61,300 bases of DNA, taken from an uncultured Eubacteriales bacterium (GTDB lineage: Bacteria > Actinomycetota > Coriobacteriia > Anaerosomatales > JAUVQN01). The position numbers were made by a program, and so were the translations under genes. The DNA is taken from assembly GCA_964406675.1 (NCBI GenBank), contig CAYOSP010000001.1, positions 133,440-194,739 of the forward strand, given 5' to 3'. Of this stretch, positions 43,851-52,663 are shown piece by piece. Every line of letters starts with the position of its first letter. Positions within the stretch are counted from its first letter, which is position 1. The notes beneath the pieces are model-generated. The model was given only the letters and a program-made list of their open reading frames with translations, was not told where the DNA came from and made no database searches.

Positions 43851-44807
43851 ATGGCGGACAAGATCGCGGTCCTGATGGGCGGCCCCTCGCTGGAGCGGGA
43901 GGTCTCGCTCATGAGCGGCGAGCGCGTCACCGCCGCGCTCACCCGCAAGGGATACAAGGTGACGCCGCTGGACGTCACCGCCGAGCTGGTCTCCACCCTG
44001 CGGGCGGAGCAGCCCGACGCCGTCTACATCGCGCTGCACGGCAAGTTCGGCGAGGACGGCACGGTCCAGGAGCTGCTCGAGTTCCTCGACATCCCCTACA
44101 CCGGCCCCGGCGTGCTGGCCTCGGCGCTTTCCTGGGACAAGGCGATCTCGAAGCGCCTGTTCGCCGCCAACGGCATCCCCACCCCGGCGTGGGCGACGCT
44201 CACCGCCGACGCGTTCAAGCAGATGGGCGCGGCCACCGCGCTCGACGTGGCCGCGCATGCCGTGGGCGAGTTCCCCCTGGCGGTCAAGCCGGCCCAACAG
44301 GGCTCGGCGCTCGGCCTCACCCGGGTGGACAGCGCGGGCGAACTGGCGGAGGCGCTGCTCGGCGCGCTCTCCTTCGGCGACAAGGCGCTCATCGAGCGGT
44401 GGATCGACGGGACCGAGCTCGCCGTGTCCGTGCTCGACGCGGCGGACGGCCTCGACGTGCTGCCGCCGGTCGAGATCGTGGCGAAGTCGGGGCTGTTCGA
44501 TTTCAACGCCATGTACACGCCCGGCGAGACGGACTACTTCGTCCCCGCCCGGCTCGACGACGCCGTCATGGCCGAGGTCCGCAGGCTCGCCGAGGAGGCG
44601 CACCGTCTGATCGGCGCGCGCGACGTGAGCCGCATCGACATGGTGGTGGCGGGCGAGGGCGCGGACGCGGGACCGTACGTGCTCGAGGCGAACACGTCGC
44701 CGGGCATGACGGAGACGTCTCTGCTGCCGATGGCCGCCGAGGCCTCGGGCATCGAGTTCGACGACCTGGTGGACCGCATCGCGAGGGCGGCGCTCGCGCG
44801 CGGGTGA
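43851..44807 (+). CDS. ddl: D-alanine--D-alanine ligase (318 aa)
   Basis: KIAVLMGGPSLEREVSLMSG, ALHGKFGEDGTVQELLEFLDIPYTGPGV, LEANTSPGMTETSLLP. Confidence 0.9.
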   Translation: MADKIAVLMGGPSLEREVSLMSGERVTAALTRKGYKVTPLDVTAELVSTLRAEQPDAVYIALHGKFGEDGTVQELLEFLDIPYTGPGVLASALSWDKAISKRLFAANGIPTPAWATLTADAFKQMGAATALDVAAHAVGEFPLAVKPAQQGSALGLTRVDSAGELAEALLGALSFGDKALIERWIDGTELAVSVLDAADGLDVLPPVEIVAKSGLFDFNAMYTPGETDYFVPARLDDAVMAEVRRLAEEAHRLIGARDVSRIDMVVAGEGADAGPYVLEANTSPGMTETSLLPMAAEASGIEFDDLVDRIARAALARG

Positions 44808-44904
44808 GGGGGTGCAGGCCCGTCTCCGCCGAACGGGTAAGATAGGCATACGACTGGAAGCTTCCGCAGTCCGGCATGCCATTGTCGGGGAGCACTGGAG
44901 GTGC

Positions 44905-45390
44905 ATGCGAATGTACGAAGAGGATCGAGGGAACGGCGGCAGCGCGTTCATGGCGTTCATAATGGGTGGCGCCGTCGGCGCGATACTCGGCCTGCTGTTC
45001 GCGCCGAGGTCCGGCGCCGAGACGCGCCGGATCATCGCGGACAAGTCGAACGAGTACTACGAGCAGGGCAAGCAGACCTACGAGCAGGGTCGCGAGAAGG
45101 CCACCGAGATGTACGAGACGGGCGTGGCCACAGCGACCGAGAAGGGCGAGGAGCTGCGCGGCAAGTTCGACGAGGCGCGCGGCAAGCTGAAGGAGCAGGT
45201 GGACGAGCTCTCCAGTACGGCCAAGGAGAGGATCGCCCACGGCACCGAGACGGCCACGCAGAAGGTGGCCGAGGCGGGAGCCAGGGCGAGCTCGACCGTC
45301 GCCGAGGGCGCCGACGCGGCCAAGAAGGCGGCCGACGAGGCTGCGGAGGCAGCGAAGAAGGCGGAGAAGAAGACCGAGGACAAGGTCTGA
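44905..45390 (+). CDS. YtxH domain protein (161 aa)
   Basis: FIMGGAVGAILGLLFAPRSGAETRR is followed by a long charged Ala/Glu/Lys-rich helical region. Confidence 0.8.
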   Translation: MRMYEEDRGNGGSAFMAFIMGGAVGAILGLLFAPRSGAETRRIIADKSNEYYEQGKQTYEQGREKATEMYETGVATATEKGEELRGKFDEARGKLKEQVDELSSTAKERIAHGTETATQKVAEAGARASSTVAEGADAAKKAADEAAEAAKKAEKKTEDKV

Positions 45391-45490
45391 CGGAAGGCCT
45401 GAGCCGAGCCGTCCTCCGAGACGCGTTATGATGGGGTCGTCCCGCCGATGAGGTGGGACGGCCCTTTTCGTTCGACCGCCCCGGAGGGAC

Positions 45491-46159
45491 ATGCCGAAGG
45501 TAACCACTCTCGAAGGCAGGGACGTGATCGGCGAGGGCGGACGTCGGCTCGGATGGATCGTCCACGTCCTGTTCTCGCAGGAGGACCACCGGGTGGTGGG
45601 ATTCGCGATCGAGCGCCCCCTCTTCTGGGGCCTGCTGCCGCGCAAGGAGACCTTCCTCCCTCTCGACGCGCTGCGGCTCACCAAGAAGCACGCGCGGTTC
45701 GCCGGCAAGCGCCTGCCGGGTCCGATACGCTCGGCGCGACGCTACGGCATCGACTGGGAACGCACGGTCGTCTTCAAGCGCATGACGGTGCGTACCGATG
45801 ACGGCAAGCAGCTCGGCATGGTGCGCGACCTCGAGGTGAAGCTCCCCGGCGGCGGACTCGTCTCCATCGACGTGTCCTCCGGCATGTCCGAGGACATCGC
45901 CGTGGGGCGCACCACCGTGGAGGTGGACGACATCCTTCGCTACGAGGACTACGCGCTGGTCGTGAACGAATCCGTGGACAAGATGGAGTCCTCGGGCGGA
46001 GCGGCGGCGGCCGCCGGGAGGAGCACCGCGGTGGCCAAGGTCGCGGCGGCCGGCGCGGTGGACAAGGCCGCGCGGGTCTCGGGGCGGATGGCCGGCAAGG
46101 CCTCGAAGCGGCTCAAGAAGTCGCTCGGGGAGTGGAAGGACGTACTCGGCGGGGAATGA
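45491..46159 (+). CDS. PRC-barrel domain protein (two PRC-like modules) (222 aa)
   Basis: TLEGRDVIGEGGRRLGWIVHVLFSQEDHRVVGFAI... and RMTVRTDDGKQLGMVRDLEV... Confidence 0.75.
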   Translation: MPKVTTLEGRDVIGEGGRRLGWIVHVLFSQEDHRVVGFAIERPLFWGLLPRKETFLPLDALRLTKKHARFAGKRLPGPIRSARRYGIDWERTVVFKRMTVRTDDGKQLGMVRDLEVKLPGGGLVSIDVSSGMSEDIAVGRTTVEVDDILRYEDYALVVNESVDKMESSGGAAAAAGRSTAVAKVAAAGAVDKAARVSGRMAGKASKRLKKSLGEWKDVLGGE

Positions 46160-46166
46160 GCGACTG

Positions 46167-46787
46167 ATGCCGCGTCGCATGCGGCCCCTCGGCCGCGAAC
46201 ACATCGGACTGCTGCCGCGTCCCTGCATGGGCTGCGTCTACTGGGAGACGGGTGAGCGCCTCCCGCTCAGGTGTGGGGCGCGCTGCGACGAGGACGAGCT
46301 CGGCGGGTGGATCGAGTACGTCGGTGCGCAGTGGGGGGATTCGGGCCGCGTCGCGGTGGACGGTGAGGACGTGCTCGGCTTCATCAAGTACGCGCCGGCC
46401 GGCTTCTTCCCTCAGGCGCGGTACCAGCTGGTGGGTCCCCCGTCGGATGACGCGGTGCTGATGGCGTGTCTGCACGTCACGGACCAGGCGCGCCACAGGG
46501 GTCTCGGCAAGCTGCTGCTGCACGCCGCGCTGCGCGACCTCTTCCTGCGCGGCGAGCGCGCGGTCGAGGCGTACGCGATGACGGAGCCGCCTCCCGAGTC
46601 GCCGGTCGTCTCGCTCGAGTTCCTGCTGAAGCAGGGATTCGTGGTCGAGCGCCCCCACCCGCGCATGCCGCTCATGCGCCTGAACATCAAGTCGCTCGCC
46701 GCCGTCACCGAGAACATCGAATCCGTGCTGGATACCCTGCAGATACCGCTGCGGGTTCACAATCGCCGACCGGCTCCGTACTCTTAG
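46167..46787 (+). CDS. GNAT family N-acetyltransferase (206 aa)
   Basis: The acetyl-CoA loop is HRGLGKLLLHAAL. There is an N-terminal Cys cluster (CMGCVYW...C..C). Confidence 0.75.
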   Translation: MPRRMRPLGREHIGLLPRPCMGCVYWETGERLPLRCGARCDEDELGGWIEYVGAQWGDSGRVAVDGEDVLGFIKYAPAGFFPQARYQLVGPPSDDAVLMACLHVTDQARHRGLGKLLLHAALRDLFLRGERAVEAYAMTEPPPESPVVSLEFLLKQGFVVERPHPRMPLMRLNIKSLAAVTENIESVLDTLQIPLRVHNRRPAPYS

Positions 46788-46838
46788 GCGAGCAGCCGTC
46801 CGGGCGAGCAGCCGTTCGCGAGAGGAGTCGCCGGAGGC

Positions 46839-47324
46839 ATGGGAGCAGTCGCAGAGGATCCGCGCTCGCTCGAGCGTGTCCGTACGTATCTGGGATCCCA
46901 TGACCTCGACGACCGCCTGGTCGTCTTCGAGCGCTCCACCCGTACCGCCCAGATGGCCGCGGACGCCGTCGGCTGCGAGCTCGGCCAGATCGTGAAGTCG
47001 CTGGTGTTCGTCGCGGACGACGAGCCGCTCGTCGCGCTCGTCGCGGGCGACCGCAGGGGCGACGCCGAGGCGATCGCCGAGCGGGTGGGGGCGGACCGCG
47101 TGCGGATGGCGGGTCCGGAGGCCGTGCGCGAGGCGACCGGCTACGCCGCCGGAGGGGTGGCGCCGTTCGACCTCCCCGGCGAGCTCACCATCCTGATCGA
47201 CGACTCACTCGAGAGGTTCGACGAGGTCTACACCGCCGCCGGCACCTCGGATTCCGTGGTGCGGCTGACCCTCGACGAGCTCCTTCGCATCACCGGAGGC
47301 CAGATGACGAGCGTCTCGCACTGA
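46839..47324 (+). CDS. YbaK/EbsC-type aminoacyl-tRNA deacylase (161 aa)
   Basis: GQIVKSLVFVADDEPLVALVAGDRR..., GYAAGGVAPF... Confidence 0.8.
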   Translation: MGAVAEDPRSLERVRTYLGSHDLDDRLVVFERSTRTAQMAADAVGCELGQIVKSLVFVADDEPLVALVAGDRRGDAEAIAERVGADRVRMAGPEAVREATGYAAGGVAPFDLPGELTILIDDSLERFDEVYTAAGTSDSVVRLTLDELLRITGGQMTSVSH

Positions 47325-47332
47325 GGGGCCGG

Positions 47333-48475
47333 ATGTCCTTCACGAGGGTCCGGCGCCCGGAACACACGTGGCCGCGCTCCGGCGCGTTCGGTGCGGGCGC
47401 GGTGGCGGCCGTCCTCACCCTCACGCTCACCGGCGCGACCTTCCAGGAAGTGGACGTCACCATCGACGATCGCCGCGTCGCCGTCCCGCGGGGCTCGACG
47501 ATCGAGAGCGTGTACGAGGGCGGCTACATGGACGCGACCCCCGGTGACCTCGTCTCGGCGGGCGACCGCTCCGTGCTCGAGACCGGGGCGGGGGAGCCGG
47601 TGCGGTTCAGGGTCGAGGGCGTGGCCGCGGACGAGGCGTATCGCATCGTGCGGGACGTGGAGGTCGACAGCGTAACGGGCGCCGACGTGGTCGAGCCCAC
47701 CCGCGTCGAGACGCGGCCGATCGAGCCGCCGCTGGAGGAGCGCGGCGGGGGCGAGGTGGTCACCCTCGTCCAGGAGGGCGCACCGGGCGTACGCGAGCTC
47801 ACCTGGGGGACGCTCTCGGGAGAGTCGGTCGCCGACGAGGTGCTGAGGGAGCCCGTGCCCATGGTCGTGGAACGCCGGCGGTGGACCGCGCACGACCCGG
47901 TCGTCGCCCTCACCTTCGACGACGGCCCGTGGCCCGGCCAGACGGACCGGATACTCGATATCCTCGAGGCGGAGGACGTCCCGGCCACCTTCTTCATGCT
48001 CGGGGCGCAGGTACGCAAGCATCCCGAGCTCGCGAGGCGGGTGAGCGAGGCCGGTCACGCCGTCGGCAACCACACGGAGACCCACATCCGCAGCCGGCTG
48101 AGCGACCCGGCGTGGTGCCGCTCGGAGATCGGCTCGGCGCAGTGGGCGATCGAGCAGGCGACGGGCGAGAAGCCGGTGTGGTTCCGTCCTCCCGGCGGCT
48201 ACGACGTGCCCGTGGTCTATCGCGTGTGCGAGGAGATGGGGATGTACGTCCTGGGGTGGACGGTCGATCCGCAGGACTGGCGCGGGAAGTCGGCCGACAC
48301 GATCACCTCGGAGGTCCTCGGGGGCATCGAGCACGGCTCCGTGGTCCTCCTGCACGACGGCGGCGGGGACCGGAGCGCCACCGTCGAGGCGCTGCCCGCC
48401 GTCATCGACGGGCTCAGGGAGCGCGGCTACTCGTTCGTCACCATCGACGAGGCGCCCGAGCTCGCCTGGCAGTGA
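47333..48475 (+). CDS. polysaccharide/peptidoglycan deacetylase (NodB domain) with N-terminal DUF348/G5-like region (380 aa)
   Basis: VALTFDDGPWP, HAVGNHTETH, WFRPPGG, VVLLHDGG. There is an N-terminal TM anchor. Confidence 0.85.
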   Translation: MSFTRVRRPEHTWPRSGAFGAGAVAAVLTLTLTGATFQEVDVTIDDRRVAVPRGSTIESVYEGGYMDATPGDLVSAGDRSVLETGAGEPVRFRVEGVAADEAYRIVRDVEVDSVTGADVVEPTRVETRPIEPPLEERGGGEVVTLVQEGAPGVRELTWGTLSGESVADEVLREPVPMVVERRRWTAHDPVVALTFDDGPWPGQTDRILDILEAEDVPATFFMLGAQVRKHPELARRVSEAGHAVGNHTETHIRSRLSDPAWCRSEIGSAQWAIEQATGEKPVWFRPPGGYDVPVVYRVCEEMGMYVLGWTVDPQDWRGKSADTITSEVLGGIEHGSVVLLHDGGGDRSATVEALPAVIDGLRERGYSFVTIDEAPELAWQ

Positions 48476-48522
48476 CGCCGCGGCGGGCCGAGCCGTGCCC
48501 CGCCGTGCCCCGCCCCCGGTCG

Positions 48523-49128
48523 CTACCGTTCCCGCGCGCTCCCCCGGGCGCCCGTCCTGAGCGAGCGAGTGGGGGTCACGATGACGTCGACCGGCGCGTC
48601 GCGCTCCGTCGCGGGCACCTCCTCGACCACCTGACGGTCGAACGCGACCCCGATCCTCGGCGCCGTCGCCGCGAGCCGCGGGAGCAGCGCGTCGTAGAAG
48701 CCGCCGCCGTACCCGAGGCGCCGGCCCGCCGCGTCGAACGCGATCCCCGGTACGAGCACCGCCTCCACCTCGTCGAGCGCCGCGACCGGCGAGCCCTCGG
48801 CGGGTTCCTCGATGCCGTACGCGCCGGTGACGAGTTCGGAGGCCTCATCCACCCAGTGCAGCTCCAGCTCGGCCGGGCCGACGACCCGCGGGAGGCAGAC
48901 GCGCACGCCGTCCCGCCGAAGGGCGTCGACGGCCGGTCGCGGGCAGACCTCCTCGCCGCTCGCGGAGTAGGTGAGCACGCAGCGCACCCCGGCGAGCTCC
49001 GGGAGACCGAGGAGCCGCTGGGAGACGGCGTCGGAGAGCGCGCGACGCTCGTGGTCGTGCAGGGCGCGCCGCTGTCGGCGCACCGCCTCGCGCAGCGCGG
49101 CCTTGCGCTCTGCGATCGCGTCGCTCAT
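48523..49128 (-). CDS. 5-formyltetrahydrofolate cyclo-ligase (201 aa)
   Basis: LVPGIAFDAAGRRLGYGGGFYD. There is an ATGA overlap with the upstream transporter gene. Confidence 0.85.
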   Translation of the reverse strand: MSDAIAERKAALREAVRRQRRALHDHERRALSDAVSQRLLGLPELAGVRCVLTYSASGEEVCPRPAVDALRRDGVRVCLPRVVGPAELELHWVDEASELVTGAYGIEEPAEGSPVAALDEVEAVLVPGIAFDAAGRRLGYGGGFYDALLPRLAATAPRIGVAFDRQVVEEVPATERDAPVDVIVTPTRSLRTGARGSARER

Positions 49129-50384
49129 GCCATCCCCAGCGCGGTCATCGCGAGGAGCGCCACGGTGAGCCCGATGGTCACCGCCACGGTCACCCACGCG
49201 AAGCCGTTGAAGAACGGCCCGTTGACGTGCCGGCCCATGAGCCGCCGGTCGTTCACGATCTTGAGGAGGAACACGAGCAGGAACGGCAGGAGGATGCCGT
49301 TGAGCGTCTGCGAGAGGACCATCACGCGGATGAGGTCGAGGTCCGGGAGCATGATGAACGCCGCCCCGAGCACGATGGCGAACGTGTAGATGCCGTTGAA
49401 CATCGGCGCCTCGCTGAAGCTGCGATCGATACCCGACTCCCAGCCGAACGCCTCGCAGATCGCGTACGCGGCGGTGAGCGGGAGGACGCACGCGGCGAGC
49501 AGCGAGGCGGCGCCGAGGCCGACGGCGAAGAGCACGGCCGCGTAGTCCCCCGCGACCGGCGCGAGAGCCCGGGCCGCCTGCTCGGCCCCGTCGACCGGGA
49601 TCCCCGCGGGATGGAGTACCGCGCCCGTGGTCACGATGATGAACAGCGCGATCACGTCGGCGACGATCGCGCCGGTCCACACGTCGGCGCGGATCAGCTT
49701 CCAGTCCTTCATCGTGAGCCCCTTGTCCACGATGTTGCTCTGGACGAAGAACTGCATCCACGGAGCGATGGTCGTCCCCGCCATGGCGATGGCGAGCACG
49801 ACGAAGCCGGTCGTGGGGACCACGGTGGGGACGACGAGCCCGCGCGCGACCTCGCCCCAGTCCGGCCGGGCGAGGACGGCGGCGGCGATGTAGGAGACGA
49901 ACACGAGGGAGAGCGCGAGGAAGACCTTCTCCACGTTGCGGTACGACCCGCGCACCACCAGCAGCCAGACCACGACCATCGCCACGGGCACCGAGAGGTA
50001 CTTCGAGACGCCGAACAGCTCCATCGAGGCGGCCACCCCGGCGAACTCCGCGATGGTGGTGGCGACGTTGCTCACCAGGAGGAGTCCCATCGCGAAGAAG
50101 GTGAGCCGCAGGCCGAACTGCTCGCGGATGAGCGCGGCGAACCCCTTGCCGGTCACCGCGCCGGTGCGGGCCGCCATCTCCTGCACGACGACGAGCGAGA
50201 CGGTCATGATGAGCAGGAGCCAGAGCGTGTGGTAGCCGAACTCGGCCCCGGCGACCGAGTAGGTGGAGATGCCGCCGGAGTCGTTGCCCGCCGAGGCGGC
50301 GACGATGCCCGGGCCGATCACGCCGAACAGCGCGACGAGGCGGCCTCGGCGCGTGAGCTTCGGCTGCTCCTTCGCGTCCGGCAT
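49125..50384 (-). CDS. NRAMP-family transporter with an NRAMP-related Mg2+ transporter (NrmT/NRMT)-type binding site (419 aa)
   Basis: NRAMP fold. TM1 reads GNDSGG where Mn/Fe NRAMPs have DPGN. TM6 reads GTTIAPWMQF where they have a Met-Pro-His motif (Met to Ala, His to Trp). It lies directly downstream of mgtE behind an M-box. Confidence 0.8.
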   Translation of the reverse strand: MPDAKEQPKLTRRGRLVALFGVIGPGIVAASAGNDSGGISTYSVAGAEFGYHTLWLLLIMTVSLVVVQEMAARTGAVTGKGFAALIREQFGLRLTFFAMGLLLVSNVATTIAEFAGVAASMELFGVSKYLSVPVAMVVVWLLVVRGSYRNVEKVFLALSLVFVSYIAAAVLARPDWGEVARGLVVPTVVPTTGFVVLAIAMAGTTIAPWMQFFVQSNIVDKGLTMKDWKLIRADVWTGAIVADVIALFIIVTTGAVLHPAGIPVDGAEQAARALAPVAGDYAAVLFAVGLGAASLLAACVLPLTAAYAICEAFGWESGIDRSFSEAPMFNGIYTFAIVLGAAFIMLPDLDLIRVMVLSQTLNGILLPFLLVFLLKIVNDRRLMGRHVNGPFFNGFAWVTVAVTIGLTVALLAMTALGMA

Positions 50385-50388
50385 GGCC

Positions 50389-52197
50389 CTAGACGCCCGC
50401 CGCGGTCCGCAGGATGGTGGCGAGTCCCAGGTAGACGGCGATCCCGGCGAGCGCGACCGTCGTGCTGATGAGCGTCGACGGCACGCGCCGCTCCAGCCCC
50501 ATCCACAGCGCGACCCACGGCAGCAGCGACGCGATGACTGCGGTGACCAGCACGGTGGCGGCGGTGGCGACGGCCAGGACCACCGCCACGTCCGTCTCGT
50601 AGGCGAGCAGTTCCATGAGCACGAGCACGACCAGTCCGCTCACCACCCCGAGCCCCAGCCCCACACCCACGTCGATGGTGAACTGCCTGCCGAAGGCGGG
50701 CCGCTCCTCGGGGTCGGCCGACTCGATGAGCATCGCGAGCGAGTGCGAGGCGACGTCCTCGGAGAGCCGCATCACGAGCGGCAGGAAGAACACCAGGGCG
50801 ACGAGCGAGGAGAGCTCGCCGGCGAACGCGCGGATGACGAGCGCCGCTCCGACGCCGAGGATCGCCCACACGGTGAGCCAGCCCGAGCGTCGCAGCAGCC
50901 AGCTCCACGCGCCGGTGGCCGTGAAGCGGCGGTGCGAGCCGGTGGCGATGGCGAGGTCCTCCTTGGACTCCTCCTCCATGACCTCGAGCGCGTCGTCGAC
51001 CGTGACCACGCCGAGGATCCGACCGCCCTCGTCCACGACGGGCACGGCGAGCAGGTCGTACTTCCTGATGACGTCGGCGACCTCCTCCTGGTCGTCCTCG
51101 ACGCCGACGGTGATGACGTCGCGGCGGACGAGCTCGCCCACGAGCGCGTCGGGCTCGCTGACCACGAGATCGCGCAGGTTGATGACCCCGAGCAGGGTGC
51201 GGTCCTCGTCGACCACGTAGATGTAGTAGACGTCCTCGCCGGTGGGCGCCTCGTGGCGCAGGTACGAGATGACCTCGCTCACCGTCATGTCCTCGGTGAC
51301 CGCGGTGACCTCGGAGGTCATGATGCCGCCCGCGCTGTCCTCGCGGTAGCCGAGGAGCTGCCGGATGAGGCGGGCCTCTCGGACGCCCATCAGCTTGAGC
51401 AGGCGCTCCGCGCGTTCGTAGTCGAGCTCGCCGAGGATGTCCGCGGCGTCGTCCGGGTCCATCTCCTCGAGGATGTCGCTCGCGCGCTGGGCGGACATGC
51501 CGTCGAACACCTGCGCTTGGTACTCGTCCTCCATCTCGGCGATCGCCTCGGCGACCTGACCGAGCTCGAGGTGCTCGAACACCCGGCCCCGCTGTCCGGG
51601 CGACATCTGTTCGAGGATGTCCGCGACGTCGGCCGGGTGCAGCTCGTGCAGGCGCTTGTGCGTCACCGAGAGCTTGACGCGGGTCAGGTCGCGGTCGAGC
51701 AGCTCCATGTAGTTCCACGCGATGAGCTTCTCGGGAAGGCGGGCCCCGAACACCTCGAGCGTCTTCTCGGCGGCGGTCTCGAGCCACGGTGCGAGGCCGC
51801 GCAGCACGCCCCGGATGCCGACCTCGGCGCCGAGCAGGCGCAGCCGGCCCTTCGCCTCGGAGAGCTTGAGGTCGTTGACGCGCACGACCTTCTTGCCCTG
51901 CGTGTCCACGATCTGCTTGTTGAGGAGGTCCCGGGCGAGAAGCACCTCGTCGGGCTGCAGGTAGCTGAAGCGGATGTCCTTGGCGGACACGTTGAGCCGG
52001 ATCCGCTCCTCGTCGACGTCCTGGACGTACTTGCGCCAGGAGAGCATGAACGGCTTCTTGTCAGGGCCCACGAAGGCGAGGGAGGTCACGCGGGGGAAGA
52101 TCTCCCCTGTCTCGATCGCGATGTCGTTGATGCGGCCGATCTCCTCGCCGTCGGCGTCGACGACCGGCTTGCCCAGCATCCTCGACAGATAGAACAC
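50389..52197 (-). CDS. mgtE: magnesium transporter MgtE with an extra N-terminal PRC-barrel-like region (602 aa)
   Basis: MgtE N-domain (ADVADILEQMSPGQRGRVFEHL), a CBS pair, and a C-terminal 5-TM domain. The N-terminal ~150 aa (FYLSRMLGKPVVDADGEEIGRINDIAI...; LLNKQIVDTQGKKVVRVNDLKL) is PRC-barrel-like. GTG 52197 follows GGGAGGAGGG. Confidence 0.85.
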   Translation of the reverse strand: MFYLSRMLGKPVVDADGEEIGRINDIAIETGEIFPRVTSLAFVGPDKKPFMLSWRKYVQDVDEERIRLNVSAKDIRFSYLQPDEVLLARDLLNKQIVDTQGKKVVRVNDLKLSEAKGRLRLLGAEVGIRGVLRGLAPWLETAAEKTLEVFGARLPEKLIAWNYMELLDRDLTRVKLSVTHKRLHELHPADVADILEQMSPGQRGRVFEHLELGQVAEAIAEMEDEYQAQVFDGMSAQRASDILEEMDPDDAADILGELDYERAERLLKLMGVREARLIRQLLGYREDSAGGIMTSEVTAVTEDMTVSEVISYLRHEAPTGEDVYYIYVVDEDRTLLGVINLRDLVVSEPDALVGELVRRDVITVGVEDDQEEVADVIRKYDLLAVPVVDEGGRILGVVTVDDALEVMEEESKEDLAIATGSHRRFTATGAWSWLLRRSGWLTVWAILGVGAALVIRAFAGELSSLVALVFFLPLVMRLSEDVASHSLAMLIESADPEERPAFGRQFTIDVGVGLGLGVVSGLVVLVLMELLAYETDVAVVLAVATAATVLVTAVIASLLPWVALWMGLERRVPSTLISTTVALAGIAVYLGLATILRTAAGV

Positions 52198-52238
52198 GTC
52201 GACCCTCCTCCCGTGGCGGACCCGTCCTCGCGGTCCGG

Positions 52239-52284
52239 CCGAAGAAACGAGAACGCCCCGCGTCCGCGTGTGGGACGTGGGGCG
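52239..52284 (-). terminator. intrinsic terminator of the M-box expression platform
   Basis: The minus-strand RNA CGCCCCACGUCC-cacacgc-GGACGCGGGGCG forms a 12-bp stem with 1 mismatch, followed by UUCUCGUUUCUUCGG. It lies ~40 nt upstream of the mgtE start. Confidence 0.7.
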
Positions 52285-52360
52285 ATGCCGGCGGCCTGAT
52301 GCGGCCGTGGATCGGCGCGGCCGATGCGTATCAGGCATCGGGATCCGGGCCGCTCCGCAA

Positions 52361-52568
52361 CGCTCCGTCCCTCGGTCGAGGTTTAGGCACTGCCCGACGT
52401 AGGCCCGACGCCCCTCCGCGCCACGCGCGTGTCGCGGGTCGCCGTGCTGCCAGCCACCTTAGCCTACGCCTTAAGCCGGCGAGGGCTGTTCTACCCATTG
52501 GCGTCTCTCGACATTTCCGGGCAGTGGCCTGTGTTCGGACAGGAGCCGCACCCAACGGATGGAGCCCG
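52361..52568 (-). promoter_or_regulatory. M-box (ykoK leader) Mg2+ riboswitch aptamer
   Basis: The minus-strand RNA reads ...CCGUUGGGUGCGGCUCCUGUCCGAACACAGGCCACUGCCCGGAAAUGUCGAGAGACGCCAAUGGGUAGAACAG...UAAGGCG...GGCUGGCAGC...GGGCAGUGCCUAAACC... These blocks match the conserved M-box blocks of the B. subtilis mgtE leader (GUUAGGUGAGGCUCCUG, CUGCUGCCC, AAUGUC.AAAGACGC.AAUGGGUCAACAG, UAAGG, GUGCUAAAGC). An outer helix CUCCAUCC/GGACGGAG closes the domain. Confidence 0.85.
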
Positions 52569-52663
52569 TCTCATGGTGTCAAACAGCAACGCGATTCTAG
52601 GGTACTACCTGCGACTACGCAACAGCGGCCGACCGAGGGCACGCCCGTCGGAGGGCCGCCTGC

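Noticed and set aside
42512-45044. ORFs 42512-43996 and 43455-45044 on the minus strand
   Set aside because: They are antisense to the aminotransferase and ddl genes, both of which have unambiguous family motifs on the plus strand.
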